64,000 nucleotides of DNA from Trueperaceae bacterium (GCA_035703635.1 DASSXV010000087.1:26655-90654); one strand, 5' to 3'; positions 22,038-34,715 are shown, numbered from the stretch's first letter. The notes: a model not told the origin generated them from the sequence alone. Numbers and translations: made by a program.

Positions 22038-23018
22038 CTAGGGCTTGAGCGCGAAGCGGAGTGCCGGCGCCATGCCGTTACGCCAGTTGGTCCAGTTATG
22101 TCCGGCGTGGCGCTCGACCATGGCCGTTTCGACCCCGCGCGCCTCGAGCGCAGCGTGAACGCTGCGGTTGATGTCGGTCAGCCACTCGATGGTGCCGACC
22201 TCGAGGTACCAACGCGCAGGCAGTTCCGTCTGCCGATCGCGGAGGCGCTCGAGCAGCCGCGAGTTACGGGTCGCGTAGTACTCCTTGTGCTCCGGCTCGC
22301 CGAGGAACGCGCCGGAGAACGTAACGACGCTGGCGGCCAGATCCGGTCGTGCCAGCGCGGCGTTGGCCGATGCCAACCCGCCTAAGCTCGCCCCGAGCCA
22401 CACGTTCTCACCCGTGCCTGGCCCAACGGCCTCGACCGCAGGTAGCAGCTCAGCCAACAAGAACTCCAGGTAGGCGTCCGAGTAGCCGTACTCCTCGCGC
22501 CTGTCGACGGGTTCCACGAACGCGTACCGCGCTGGTCGCGCTTCGCCGCGGGCTACCAGCGCCTCGCCGACGAGGTGGATGCCGGCCAGGCGGTCGAAGG
22601 CCACGCCGTCTTGCACGACCACGAGCGGTAGTGGCGCGCCCTCATGCCCTCTCGGGGTGTAGACGTTAACGCGGCGCAACTGGCCGCCAAGCGCGGCGCT
22701 CGTTAGCCGCAAGCGGTCGCGCTGCCCGCGCTCGAGCTCTCTGTCTGGCGTCGAGAACGGATCGGGTCGGTAATCGGGGCCGCTCAGCGCGCTGGCGCTC
22801 GGGTACCAAGGGTTGTCCGCCTTGACACCGTTGCTAGGGTCGGCGCGCAGCTTGCCTTGGGCATCAACGAAGCCGTACTCGAAGTAACCGTCGTCTGGCA
22901 CCTCGAAGTCAACGGTCGGCGTTTCGCTCGGTTCTAGCGGTACTGGTGCGCGCTCCATGTCCGTGTCGTCTGAAGCTAGTTGCTGCGCCCAATCGGGGAC
23001 GGCGACAGTCACTCTCAT
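22038..23018 (-). CDS. Esterase, alpha/beta hydrolase (enterochelin-esterase-like)
   Basis: GASLGG nucleophile elbow; GHNWTNW; VYTP. Confidence 0.8.
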   Translation of the reverse strand: MRVTVAVPDWAQQLASDDTDMERAPVPLEPSETPTVDFEVPDDGYFEYGFVDAQGKLRADPSNGVKADNPWYPSASALSGPDYRPDPFSTPDRELERGQRDRLRLTSAALGGQLRRVNVYTPRGHEGAPLPLVVVQDGVAFDRLAGIHLVGEALVARGEARPARYAFVEPVDRREEYGYSDAYLEFLLAELLPAVEAVGPGTGENVWLGASLGGLASANAALARPDLAASVVTFSGAFLGEPEHKEYYATRNSRLLERLRDRQTELPARWYLEVGTIEWLTDINRSVHAALEARGVETAMVERHAGHNWTNWRNGMAPALRFALKP

Positions 23019-23080
23019 GCGGGGAGTCTAGCTCGGGGCGCCTCCTGGCCGGGGTAGCGCGGCGGGGTTAGACTCGGCGA

Positions 23081-24247
23081 ATGACGCATGACCGCTACGA
23101 TGACCTCTCGCTATCTGCGCTCCAGGCCAGGCCTGGCGCCAAGTGGCGTCACTTCCCACCCGACGTGTTGCCCCTGTGGGTCGCAGAGATGGACTTCCCC
23201 CTCGCTGACGCCGTCAAGGACGCCATCACGGCTAGCTTGCAGGCGGATGACCTCTGTTACCCAGTCGCCAAGGGCGTCCCTGACCTGCGCGAGGCGGTAG
23301 CTGAGCGGCTCACAGCCAAGCACGGCCTCAAGCTGCAGGCGGATAACGTCGAGCCGCTCGCGACTACCGGCACCGGCCTCAACTTGGCGACACGCGCCTT
23401 CGCAGGGCCTGGCGACGAGGTGCTGCTCCTCACGCCCCTCTACCCGCCGTTCAAGAACGCCGTCGAGACGGCGGGCCGCGTACCAGTAGAGGTCGAGTTG
23501 CGCCGCGAGGACCAAGGTTACGTCATCGACTTCGACGCGCTCGAAGCCGCAGTCACGCCAGCCACGCGCATGCTCATGCTGTGCAGCCCTCACAACCCCA
23601 TCGGGAAGGTGTTCACGCGCGCCGAACTCGAGGGCCTCGCTGACTTCGCGCTGCGCCACAACCTGTGGATCGTGAGTGACGACCTGCACGCCGACCTGCT
23701 GTTCGACGGCAAGCACGTGCCCATCGCGAGCCTCGCGCCCGCGGTAGCGGCACGCACCGTCACGCTGTACGGGCCAACCAAGGCCTTCAACATCCCCGGC
23801 CTGAAGATCTCGTTCGCCGTATCGAACAACCCGGCGCTGCTCAAGCGCCTCACGGCCGTCGGCCGCGGCCTCGTGCCGGGCCCCAACGTCCTCGCCCAGG
23901 TCGCCACGGTCGGCGCTTACCGGCACGGCGACGCGTGGCTGGCGGACACTCTCGCGTACCTACGCGGCAACCGCGATCTGCTCATCGATTACGTCAGGGA
24001 GCACCTACCGCAGGTCGCCGTTCACGTTCCGGCCGCCACCTACCTCGGTTGGCTCGACATGCGCGGCACCGACCTTGGCGCCAAGCCTGGTGCGGCACTT
24101 GCCGAGCGGGCCAAGGTCGGCCTGAACGAGGGCGCAGACTTCGGCGCTGGCGGGGAAGGCTTCGTGCGGCTCAACTTCGCCACCTCGCGCGCCATCTTGC
24201 AAGAGGCGCTCGAGCGCATGGCCGCCACCATCAACCAGCGGGCCTGA
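23081..24247 (+). CDS. MalY/PatB-family PLP enzyme (cystathionine beta-lyase-like)
   Basis: LPLWVAEMDF, CSPHNPIG, PTKAFNIPG and GFVRLNFAT motifs. Confidence 0.9.
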   Translation: MTHDRYDDLSLSALQARPGAKWRHFPPDVLPLWVAEMDFPLADAVKDAITASLQADDLCYPVAKGVPDLREAVAERLTAKHGLKLQADNVEPLATTGTGLNLATRAFAGPGDEVLLLTPLYPPFKNAVETAGRVPVEVELRREDQGYVIDFDALEAAVTPATRMLMLCSPHNPIGKVFTRAELEGLADFALRHNLWIVSDDLHADLLFDGKHVPIASLAPAVAARTVTLYGPTKAFNIPGLKISFAVSNNPALLKRLTAVGRGLVPGPNVLAQVATVGAYRHGDAWLADTLAYLRGNRDLLIDYVREHLPQVAVHVPAATYLGWLDMRGTDLGAKPGAALAERAKVGLNEGADFGAGGEGFVRLNFATSRAILQEALERMAATINQRA

Positions 24248-24290
24248 CCACGAAGACCAGCGGCCGCATTCACCTTCGGAGGCGAGGCAC

Positions 24291-25484
24291 GTGAGCACCG
24301 TCCCTACACTGCGCCTCGCTCCTGGGCTGGAATCTGCGCTGCGCTCCGGGCACCCTTGGGTGTACAGGAATCACCTCCCGGACCACGCGCTGCGGGGCAG
24401 CGAATGGGTGCGGGTCGAGGCAGGCAGGGCGGCGGCCTACGGTGTTTACGACGCCAACGGCGCCATCGGCGTCAGGCTCTTCGGGTCAGAACTGCCGACG
24501 GCAGCCACCATCGCGAGGCGCGTTGCAGACGCCATCTTATTGCGCGCGCACCTGCCGGCGGCAGGCAACGACGCTTACCGCGTGCTGCACGGCGAAGGCG
24601 ACTACCTTCCTGGCATCGTGTGCGACCGTTACGGGCGCTACGCCGTTATGAAACGCTACGCCTCGTCCCTAGACAGGCTCCTCCCCCAAGTCGCCAAGGA
24701 GGTGGGCACGCGGCTCAAGCTCAAGGGCGTCGTCTTGCGCGGCGAGTTGGCCGACGAGGAAGAAGCGCAAGCGGGCGAAGCAGGCAGGCAGAGCGAGGGA
24801 CTGACGGCCCTGTGGGGCGAGCTACCGCCACCCGAGCTGACGGTCACCGAGAACCACCTGCGCTTCGTCGCGGACCCGTGGCGCGGCCAGAAGACGGGCA
24901 TGTTCCTCGATCAGCGCGATAACCGCCAGCTCGTGCGGCAGTTGGCAGCGGGCAAGCGCGTGCTCAACCTCTTCGCCTATCAAGGCGGGTTCAGCGTCTA
25001 CGCGCTCGCGGGCGGCGCGCAGTCCGTCGTCAGCGTCGATCAGGCGCGCGCCGCCCTCGAGGCGGCGGAGGAGAACGTCAGCCTCAACGGTCCGTTCGCG
25101 GGCAGTCACAGCGCGTTGGCTACCGACATCTTCGCGTCCCTGCCGGTATGGGCGGAAGCGGAACCGCGTTATGACCTCGTCATCCTCGATCCGCCATCGT
25201 TGGCTAACAGCGCGCTGCAGCGTAGGCGCGCGCAACGCGCGTACCTCAAGCTGAACCGCGACGCCTTCCGCCTCGTCAGCCCGGGCGGGCTGCTGGTAAC
25301 GGCCTCGTGCACGGCTCAAGTGGCACCGGACGCCTTCAAGGAAGTCGTGGCGGAGGCGGCGCTGGCCGCCAACGTGCGGGCGCAGGTCGTGGCCGAGAAC
25401 GGTCACGCAAGCGATCACCCGGTGCCGCTCTCGTTCCCTGAGGGGCGTTACTTGAAGTTCATGGTGCTGCGCGTGTTGGCCTGA
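24291..25484 (+). CDS. Class I SAM-dependent rRNA methyltransferase (RlmI-like)
   Basis: GHPWVY, GQKTGMFLDQRDNR, VLNLFAY, LDPP and DHP...PEGRYLK motifs. Confidence 0.88.
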   Translation: MSTVPTLRLAPGLESALRSGHPWVYRNHLPDHALRGSEWVRVEAGRAAAYGVYDANGAIGVRLFGSELPTAATIARRVADAILLRAHLPAAGNDAYRVLHGEGDYLPGIVCDRYGRYAVMKRYASSLDRLLPQVAKEVGTRLKLKGVVLRGELADEEEAQAGEAGRQSEGLTALWGELPPPELTVTENHLRFVADPWRGQKTGMFLDQRDNRQLVRQLAAGKRVLNLFAYQGGFSVYALAGGAQSVVSVDQARAALEAAEENVSLNGPFAGSHSALATDIFASLPVWAEAEPRYDLVILDPPSLANSALQRRRAQRAYLKLNRDAFRLVSPGGLLVTASCTAQVAPDAFKEVVAEAALAANVRAQVVAENGHASDHPVPLSFPEGRYLKFMVLRVLA

Positions 25485-26308
25485 AGCCACTCGACCAGCA
25501 GGCGCTTGAACTCTTGCGGCGTGCCCGTGGCGGGGTCGTCGTGGTGCAACTCGTGATAACCGCCGGGAAGCTCTGCGAGGTGGACGAGCGGGTTGGCCGC
25601 CGCCAGCTCGCGGGCGCCGGCAGGGTCGGCGATACCGTCAGCGCTACCCACGATCACGAGCGTTGGGGTGCTGAGATCGGCCGCGCGGCCGCGTAAGTGA
25701 CTGCCCTGCTCGAGCATGGTGTGCCCGGCGTTGGCGCGCACGCCCCCATGGTAGACGAGGGGGTCGTTGCGGTAACGCTCTACCTCCGCCTGCTCGCGCG
25801 AGATGAGCGCGGGATCGAGGGCCGCGACGGGCAGGTTGGGGGCCAGTCGAGAGATCACGCCGGCCAGGCGGTTAAGGAGCGCGGAGCGCTGCACTGCGTC
25901 CTTGAGGAACGGCGAGGACAACGCTAGCGCCGTCACGTCGTTCGGGTGCTCAAGCGTGTAACGCAACGCGATGGCGCCCCCCATCGAGTGACCGAAGAGC
26001 AGTGCGGGCAGCTCTGGATCGGTGGCGCGCGCCAGCCTGAAGAGCTCGTGAAGGTCGGAGATCAGCGGCGCGAAGCTTGGCACGCTGCCGCGCACGCCAG
26101 GGCTCTCGCCGTGACCGCGCAAGTCGAGAGCGAACACGTCACAGCCGGCTTCCTGCGCGGCGCGCGCCAGGCCAGCGTGGCGCGTGGCGTGTTCCCCGTA
26201 GCCGTGAACGATGATCAACGCGCCGACCGGATGCTCAACCGGCCAACGGTAGAGCGCGAGCTTGACGCCGTCGCTGGCCGTGAGGGTCGTCCGGGTCGGC
26301 ATCGTCAT
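25448..26308 (-). CDS. Lysophospholipase/monoacylglycerol lipase-like alpha/beta hydrolase
   Basis: HGYGEH, DLRGHGES, GHSMGG and YHELH motifs. Confidence 0.88.
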   Translation of the reverse strand: MTMPTRTTLTASDGVKLALYRWPVEHPVGALIIVHGYGEHATRHAGLARAAQEAGCDVFALDLRGHGESPGVRGSVPSFAPLISDLHELFRLARATDPELPALLFGHSMGGAIALRYTLEHPNDVTALALSSPFLKDAVQRSALLNRLAGVISRLAPNLPVAALDPALISREQAEVERYRNDPLVYHGGVRANAGHTMLEQGSHLRGRAADLSTPTLVIVGSADGIADPAGARELAAANPLVHLAELPGGYHELHHDDPATGTPQEFKRLLVEWLQANTRSTMNFK

Positions 26309-26310
26309 CG

Positions 26311-27393
26311 TCAGTCTTCGTCCGCGAGGAGCACTACGTTCACGTCCTCCATGACGGGGTTGGAGAGCAGGTCGGCGGCTAGCTCCTTCACCTGTCGCAT
26401 GACCGCGTTCGGCGCGCCCGTGACGTCTAGGAGGATGCGCTTGCCGACGCGCACGTTCTTCACGTTCTCGTGACCCAAGCGGTTGAGGGTCGCCTCCACC
26501 GCGCGGCCCTGCGGGTCGAGGATGGAGCGCTTGAGCATGACGTCGACCTCGGCACGTAACGCGGCGGGGCCAGCGTGGTCGTGATCGTGGTCGTGGTCGT
26601 GGTCCACGGTCTGCCACGCCCCCTGCTCGTGCGCGGCGGCCTCGAGGTGGCCGCTCACGATGGCGTCGTCTTGCTCCGTCAGTTGCGTGACGCGCCTAGC
26701 GACCTCCTGGTACGCCTCCTCCACCCCGCCGAGGTCGCGCCGGAAACGGTCCTTGTCTAGCTTCTCACCGGTAACTAAGTCCCACAGGCGGCAAGTGTCG
26801 GGGCTAATCTCGTCAGCCAATAGGACGTTGCCGTCCTCGTCGATGCCGAACTCGAGCTTGAAGTCGACGAGGTCGAGGCCGCGCGCCGCGAAGAACGGCT
26901 TGAGGAGCTCGTTGATCTCGGCGGTCAACTCGAACATCTCCTCTAGTACCTCCGGCGCGACCACGCCAAGCGCGACGGCCGCCGCGTCATTGATGGGTGG
27001 GTCGCCAAGGGCGTCGTTCTTGAGGCACCACTCCACCACGACGGGCATGAGCTCGCCGCCCTCTGGCACGCCGTAGCGTTGCGCGAACGAGCCGGCAGCG
27101 CGGTTGCGCACGACGACCTCGAGAGGCACGATGGCCACGGCCGTCACCAACTGCTCGCCAGGCGCAACCAACGACACGAGGTGAGTTGGAATGCCTGCCT
27201 TGGCTAGGAACGCGAAGATGTGCGCCGACACCTCGGCGTTGATCACGCCCTTGCCAGCCACGGTCCCGCGCTTCTGGGCGTTGAAAGCCGTGGCGTCGTC
27301 CTTGTACTCGACGAGGTAGAGGCTCGGGTCGGTGGTGGCGAAGACCTTCTTGGCCTTGCCCTCGTAGCGCAGTTCAGTGCGTTGTGGGCTCAC
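26311..27393 (-). CDS. purC: SAICAR synthetase fused to PurS
   Basis: N-terminal [28 protein letters not shown] and LDKDRFR; C-terminal ILDPQGRAV...VRVGK...LLSNPVME (PurS). Confidence 0.92.
   Translation of the reverse strand: MSPQRTELRYEGKAKKVFATTDPSLYLVEYKDDATAFNAQKRGTVAGKGVINAEVSAHIFAFLAKAGIPTHLVSLVAPGEQLVTAVAIVPLEVVVRNRAAGSFAQRYGVPEGGELMPVVVEWCLKNDALGDPPINDAAAVALGVVAPEVLEEMFELTAEINELLKPFFAARGLDLVDFKLEFGIDEDGNVLLADEISPDTCRLWDLVTGEKLDKDRFRRDLGGVEEAYQEVARRVTQLTEQDDAIVSGHLEAAAHEQGAWQTVDHDHDHDHDHAGPAALRAEVDVMLKRSILDPQGRAVEATLNRLGHENVKNVRVGKRILLDVTGAPNAVMRQVKELAADLLSNPVMEDVNVVLLADED
26575..26604 (-). repeat. 6-bp tandem repeat x5 encoding (Asp-His)5
   Basis: gtggtc gtgatc gtggtc gtggtc gtggtc on the + strand. 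Confidence 0.9.
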
Positions 27394-27413
27394 GCCAGGA
27401 TGATATCAGGCGC

Positions 27414-28718
27414 TCACAGGCCGTTGCGGGCGAAGATGTCATCCACGAAGCGTAGGTACCAGTCGGGGCTGAACGCCTTGCTCAGCTCGGCGGCGCTTAA
27501 CGGCATGTCTGGTTCGGCGGCGAGCAGGGCTTGCAGGTGCTCGCCAGACTCCCAGCAGCGCAAGCTGGCGCGCTGCACGACACCGTACGCCGCCTCGCGG
27601 CTCATGCCTGCCTCGATGAGGAGGTGAAGCACTCGCTGCGAGTAAACGAGGCCATTGAGGGCGTCAAGGTTCTCGGCCATGCGCTCCTCGTAGACCACGA
27701 GTCCGTCCAGCACACCGCTCAAGCGTCTCAGGGCGTAAACGGCCAGCGTGGTCGTGTCTGGGAGGATCACGCGTTCTGCTGCCGAGTGACTGATGTCGCG
27801 CTCGTGCCATAAAGCCACGTTCTCGAGCGCCGCCTGCAAGTTGGAGCGCATGATCCGCGCGACGCCAGTAAGGTTCTCGCTGGCGATGGGGTTCTTCTTG
27901 TGAGGCATCGAAGACGAACCCGTCTGCCCGACCGTGAAGCCTTCTTGCGCTTCGCGCACCTCAGTGCGCTGCAAGTGCCTGATCTCGATGGCAACGCGTT
28001 CGATGCTCGTGCCAAGGATAGCGAGGGCCGCCATGACCTCGGCGTGCCTGTCGCGCGCCACCGTCTGGTTCGTGATGGGGTCTGGCGTGAGGCCGAGCGC
28101 CTCCGCGACCGCGATCTCGACTGCCGGCGGGACGTGCGCGTATGTTCCAACCGAGCCGGAGAGCATCACCACGCTCACCGCTTCCTTGGCGCGCTCGAGC
28201 CTCGCCTCGTCGCGCTCGAAGGCCGCCGCGAAGTTGAGGAACTTGAGCCCGAACGTCATCGGCTCAGCGTGAATGCCGTGGGTGCGACCGATGCACGGCA
28301 AGTGGCGGTAGCGCTGCGCGAGTGCCCGCAGCTTGTGCTTGACCTCACTAGTGGCCTCGAGGATGGTGGACAGCGCCTTGGTAAGCACGATGTTCTGCGC
28401 CGTGTCGACCACGTCCGTGCTCGTCAACCCGTAGTGGACGTAACGCGCGCCGTCACCGAGCCGCTCGCTTAGGGCGCGGGTGAACGCCACGATGTCGTGG
28501 CGCGTCTCCGCCTCGATGGTCGCCACGCGCTCGGCGAACGCGTCGTCGAGCGGGTTGGCTTCCGCCGCACGGCGCAACGCGGCCGCGGTCCCGGCAGGCA
28601 CCTCGCCTAGGTCCTCCCACGCTGCGGTCGCGGCGAGCTCCACTTCCAACCAGGTCCGGTAGCGCTCCGCCTCGCTCCACAGGCGCCGCATGTCTGGGGT
28701 GCTGTAGCGTTCTAGCAT
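27414..28718 (-). CDS. purB: Adenylosuccinate lyase
   Basis: HYGLTSTD, GRTHGIHAEP, GSSSMPHKKNP and LWHERDISHS motifs. Confidence 0.96.
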   Translation of the reverse strand: MLERYSTPDMRRLWSEAERYRTWLEVELAATAAWEDLGEVPAGTAAALRRAAEANPLDDAFAERVATIEAETRHDIVAFTRALSERLGDGARYVHYGLTSTDVVDTAQNIVLTKALSTILEATSEVKHKLRALAQRYRHLPCIGRTHGIHAEPMTFGLKFLNFAAAFERDEARLERAKEAVSVVMLSGSVGTYAHVPPAVEIAVAEALGLTPDPITNQTVARDRHAEVMAALAILGTSIERVAIEIRHLQRTEVREAQEGFTVGQTGSSSMPHKKNPIASENLTGVARIMRSNLQAALENVALWHERDISHSAAERVILPDTTTLAVYALRRLSGVLDGLVVYEERMAENLDALNGLVYSQRVLHLLIEAGMSREAAYGVVQRASLRCWESGEHLQALLAAEPDMPLSAAELSKAFSPDWYLRFVDDIFARNGL

Positions 28719-28931
28719 CTCGTAGCAAACTAACACGGGCCCAGCAGCGGACCTGACCGCCGTCCGCTTCGTCGTTCGGGTCGGCGCAAGTGGTAGAATC
28801 GTCTGTCAGGCCGCCTACCGGCGCGCGGCCCCAAGTAACCTCCTACCGCAACTCTGCTGGCCCAAGCTCACCCTGGTCAGTACGCGCGTTGGACGTGCCG
28901 TGGGGCCAGCCAGCAGGCAACGGAGGTCACG

Positions 28932-31376
<2,445 letters not shown>

Positions 31377-31451
31377 GCAGCCGGCGCGCCGTTGGCCACC
31401 ACGGCAACGGCGCATGCCGCTAGCAGACGGACACCTTGGTAGTATGCCGGG

Positions 31452-32378
31452 GTGTCCGTTCCCATCTGGCTGGACTGCGATCCTGGTCACGACGACGCCT
31501 TGGCCATCTTCCTGGCGGCGCAACGCTCGAACCTCGTCGGCATCAGCGTCGTTAGCGGCAACGCCCCCCTCACCTCGACGCTACGCAACGGCCTGGTTAC
31601 GTGCCAGGTAGCCGACCTACCGACCCCGCTATACGTCGGCGCGGCCAAGCCCCTGCTGCGGGCTGCGAAGCACGCTGAGTACATCCACGGCAAGACCGGG
31701 CTGGACGGGCCCGTCATCCCGCCACTCACCCGCACCGCAGAGAAGCTACCCGCCGTTCAGGCGCTGTTGCAGGCCGCTGAGAAGCACGACGACCTGTGGC
31801 TGGTGGCTATCGGACCCCTCACCAACGTCGCCACCGCGCTACTCCTCGAACCGCAACTAGCTAAGCGCCTCAAGGGCATCAGCATCATGGGTGGCGCATT
31901 CGGGCCCGGCAACGTCACCGCCGCCGCCGAGTTCAACATCTGGGCCGACCCGGAGGCAGCAGCGATCGTGTTCGAGTCGGGCGCCAACATCGTGCTTGCC
32001 GGCCTGGACCTCACGCATCAGTTCATGATGGAGCGCCAGCGCATAGCGCAGATCAGGGCGTTGGGCACGCGCACGGCCAGGTTCTCGGCTGACCTGCTCG
32101 ACCACTTCGCTTCCGCTTACGCCCAGGCGTACGGCGGCGCGCCGCAGGGACCGTTGCACGACCCGTGCTCCGTGTTGGCCGTCACCGACCCTCACCTGTT
32201 CAAGTCTGAGCGGCGGCACGTGGCAGTCGAGTGCGCCGGCGAGCTCACGCGCGGCATGACCGTGATCGACTGCCGCACGGGCGGCCGCGTTCAGCCACCG
32301 AACACGACGCTCCTCACGACCATCGACGACGGGGCCGCCTTCCAGGTTTTGATGGACGCGTTGGGGGCCTCGCAGTGA
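31452..32378 (+). CDS. Nucleoside hydrolase (IU-NH family)
   Basis: DCDPGHDDA, GPLTNVA, AEFNIWADP and LHDP motifs. Confidence 0.93.
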   Translation: MSVPIWLDCDPGHDDALAIFLAAQRSNLVGISVVSGNAPLTSTLRNGLVTCQVADLPTPLYVGAAKPLLRAAKHAEYIHGKTGLDGPVIPPLTRTAEKLPAVQALLQAAEKHDDLWLVAIGPLTNVATALLLEPQLAKRLKGISIMGGAFGPGNVTAAAEFNIWADPEAAAIVFESGANIVLAGLDLTHQFMMERQRIAQIRALGTRTARFSADLLDHFASAYAQAYGGAPQGPLHDPCSVLAVTDPHLFKSERRHVAVECAGELTRGMTVIDCRTGGRVQPPNTTLLTTIDDGAAFQVLMDALGASQ

Positions 32379-32431
32379 GGTCGGCTCCTGGCGAGCGGCA
32401 GCGGACTGCGGCGCAACCGCAGCGCTCGGCC

Positions 32432-33112
32432 ATGATCGAGTTCCGTCACGTCACCAAGACCTACCCCCGCACCCATACGCACGCCCTCAAGGACGTCGAC
32501 TTCCACATCGCCAAGGGCGAGTTCGTCTACGTGACGGGGCATTCCGGTGCTGGAAAGTCGACGCTGCTCTCGCTCATGCTGAGGCGCATCGTGGCGACCG
32601 AAGGCAGCGTGTCCGTCGGCGGGCAGGACGTGGCGCGCCTCCCGGAGTCGCGCTTGCCTCACCTCAGGCGCAGCATCGGCATGATCTTCCAGGACCACCG
32701 CCTGCTCGGCAGACTCTCCGCGCTCGAGAACCTAACGTTCGCGCTACGGGCCGTTGCCGCTCGGGGCAACCACGAGCAGCGCGCCATGAACGTACTGCGG
32801 CAGGTCGGGCTGGCTCACAAGCGCAAGGCCTACCCGATCGAGTTGAGCTTGGGTGAGCAGCAGCGCGTGGCCATAGCGCGGGCCATGGTAACGGACGCGC
32901 CCCTGTTGCTGGCGGACGAACCTACCGGCAACCTCGACCCTGACACGGCTCTCGAGATCATGGAGTTGCTCGACGACATCAACCTGCGCGGCACGACCAT
33001 CTTGCTCGCCACCCACGCGCGCGACCTCGTCGATAGTTACAAGCACCGCACGCTCGTGCTGCGCAACGGTGAACTAGTACGCGACGATGCACGCGGCGGC
33101 TACTCCCTGTGA
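32432..33112 (+). CDS. ftsE: Cell division ATP-binding protein FtsE
   Basis: GEFVYVTGHSGAGKST, LRRSIGMIFQDHRL and LLADEPTGNLD motifs. Confidence 0.85.
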   Translation: MIEFRHVTKTYPRTHTHALKDVDFHIAKGEFVYVTGHSGAGKSTLLSLMLRRIVATEGSVSVGGQDVARLPESRLPHLRRSIGMIFQDHRLLGRLSALENLTFALRAVAARGNHEQRAMNVLRQVGLAHKRKAYPIELSLGEQQRVAIARAMVTDAPLLLADEPTGNLDPDTALEIMELLDDINLRGTTILLATHARDLVDSYKHRTLVLRNGELVRDDARGGYSL

Positions 33113-33119
33113 CTGCTGC

Positions 33120-33869
33120 CTAGAGCTGCATGACGCTTAGGTCGAGGCGATCGTCGTCGAGCAGCAGTTCTAGGAACTGCAACTTACCGAGAGCGTCTAT
33201 CATCGCGAAACAGTTGTCGCGGTCGACGTAGACGCCCTCCTTCATGACGGTGTGACCGTAGACCCCGAAGCGGTGCCCTGCCTGTATGACGAGTTCGGGC
33301 TTGTTGTACCACCACGTTTTCGTGTCTGGATCGTGATAGAAGAAATCGTCGAAGACCTGCATGCCTGGTAGTGGGCCAGCGTGAGCGAACTGCACCCCGT
33401 GGTAAACGACCTCGCGGGGCATGCTCGCGAACCACTCGCGCAGGTCGTCAGGCAGCTCGACGCCGCCCTTCGTCGGGTCGAACTCCACGTGACGCATGCC
33501 TCCACGCGTCGTCAACTCGTAGCGGTGATCGCTTGCTGCCTCGTCGTGGTTACCTAGGATCACCGTCACGTTGCCGTTGCTCTGGTCGACGTAGCGCTTG
33601 AAGCGGTACAGCTCCCTGATCTGCGCCTTGGCCGCGCGCCGCAAGTGATCTACGTCGTTGGTGTCGTAAGGTTCCGCCCCTACGGCGTTGGCGTAGTCCC
33701 GCGGTTCCTTGAAGTGCACGAGGTCGCCTACACACACGACGCGGTAGCGCCCGTCCACCACCGCCTGCGTTGGTTCGAGCGTGGCGGTGGCCGCGGCGGC
33801 GGCCTTGAGGACGCGCCACAACTCCGGCCACTGGCCGTGCACGTCTCCAACGGCGATCACCTTGATCAC
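33120..33869 (-). CDS. Metallophosphoesterase
   Basis: GDVHG, GDLVH, LGNHD, HAG and YGHT motifs. Confidence 0.85.
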   Translation of the reverse strand: MIKVIAVGDVHGQWPELWRVLKAAAAATATLEPTQAVVDGRYRVVCVGDLVHFKEPRDYANAVGAEPYDTNDVDHLRRAAKAQIRELYRFKRYVDQSNGNVTVILGNHDEAASDHRYELTTRGGMRHVEFDPTKGGVELPDDLREWFASMPREVVYHGVQFAHAGPLPGMQVFDDFFYHDPDTKTWWYNKPELVIQAGHRFGVYGHTVMKEGVYVDRDNCFAMIDALGKLQFLELLLDDDRLDLSVMQL

Positions 33870-33891
33870 GCGGCCCTCCGGTCGCCGTGCA

Positions 33892-34617
33892 TCACGTTGA
33901 CTCTGCGCCGCTATTCATCAGTAACGACCGCAAGCGGCCGTACAGTTCGCGAGACTCCTCCGCCGTGCGGCCGTAGCCGTTGTACCTGACAACTAACCGT
34001 GCGGCCTCCTTGCCCATGCCCTCGTCCTTGAGGCGCTCGAGCAAGCGCTCGATGACCTCATGTCCGGCGTTCGTGGCCGTGACGGCAGGAGTTGCCACTG
34101 CGACGTCGTTCATCGGGGCAACGGGCGCCGCTAGGGCGGGCGCGCCTTGCGTGCTTGGCGCCCTCGTCACAGGCCGCATGGCTGGCTCAGGCGCCTCTGC
34201 CTCTCGCGCGACTGGCTCCGGTAAGTAGAGCGGCTCGCCCGCTTCGGGGTCGAACTCGACCCAGTAACTCTCGTCCTCCGCGGCGAACGGCAAGCCTAGG
34301 CCGAACATGGCGGCGCAGTTGGCGAGCGCGAGGTCCGCGGCTTGCGGCGCCGGCGCAGGACCGACCTTGACGACGGCGGCGCGCGTGGTGCCGAGCAGGC
34401 TCAAGTTGGCCACGAGCGCGTCGCTACCCAGTGGCGCCAGATCGAACGACCAACCGCCCTTGCCGCACACGGAGTCGAAGCGCAGCATGAGCGCCTCCGG
34501 GGCCGCATACGGGCGCATGCGTACTCTGCCGCCTCCAGGCTCGGCCTCAACGGCGCACCACCTCAAGGCAGCGGGGGCCAGCACCTCGATAAGTCTGGCG
34601 GCGTCTTCGACCTGCAC
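33892..34617 (-). CDS. Rad52/Rad22-family (DdrA-paralog-like) protein
   Basis: RFDSVCG..GWSF, ANLSLLGTTR, AADLALANCAAMFGLG and YWVEFD resemble the DdrA core; separate helical C-terminal domain. Confidence 0.65.
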   Translation of the reverse strand: MQVEDAARLIEVLAPAALRWCAVEAEPGGGRVRMRPYAAPEALMLRFDSVCGKGGWSFDLAPLGSDALVANLSLLGTTRAAVVKVGPAPAPQAADLALANCAAMFGLGLPFAAEDESYWVEFDPEAGEPLYLPEPVAREAEAPEPAMRPVTRAPSTQGAPALAAPVAPMNDVAVATPAVTATNAGHEVIERLLERLKDEGMGKEAARLVVRYNGYGRTAEESRELYGRLRSLLMNSGAEST

Positions 34618-34715
34618 GCCGACACTATAGCAGCGTCCCTAGCGCGGGCAAGGCGAAGGAAACCACGCCCGACAAGCGCCTGGGGAACGCGCACGGCGTG
34701 CGGTAATGTGAGCGC

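Noticed and set aside
25448-26617. 389-aa ORF as an extended lipase
   Set aside because: The extension is an alternate frame of the purS region; the hydrolase starts at 26308.
28740-28931. Deinococcal radiation/desiccation response motif or riboswitch upstream of gyrA
   Set aside because: No convincing 17-bp palindrome or known aptamer pattern seen; only a TAGAAT -10 box and GC-rich pairing.
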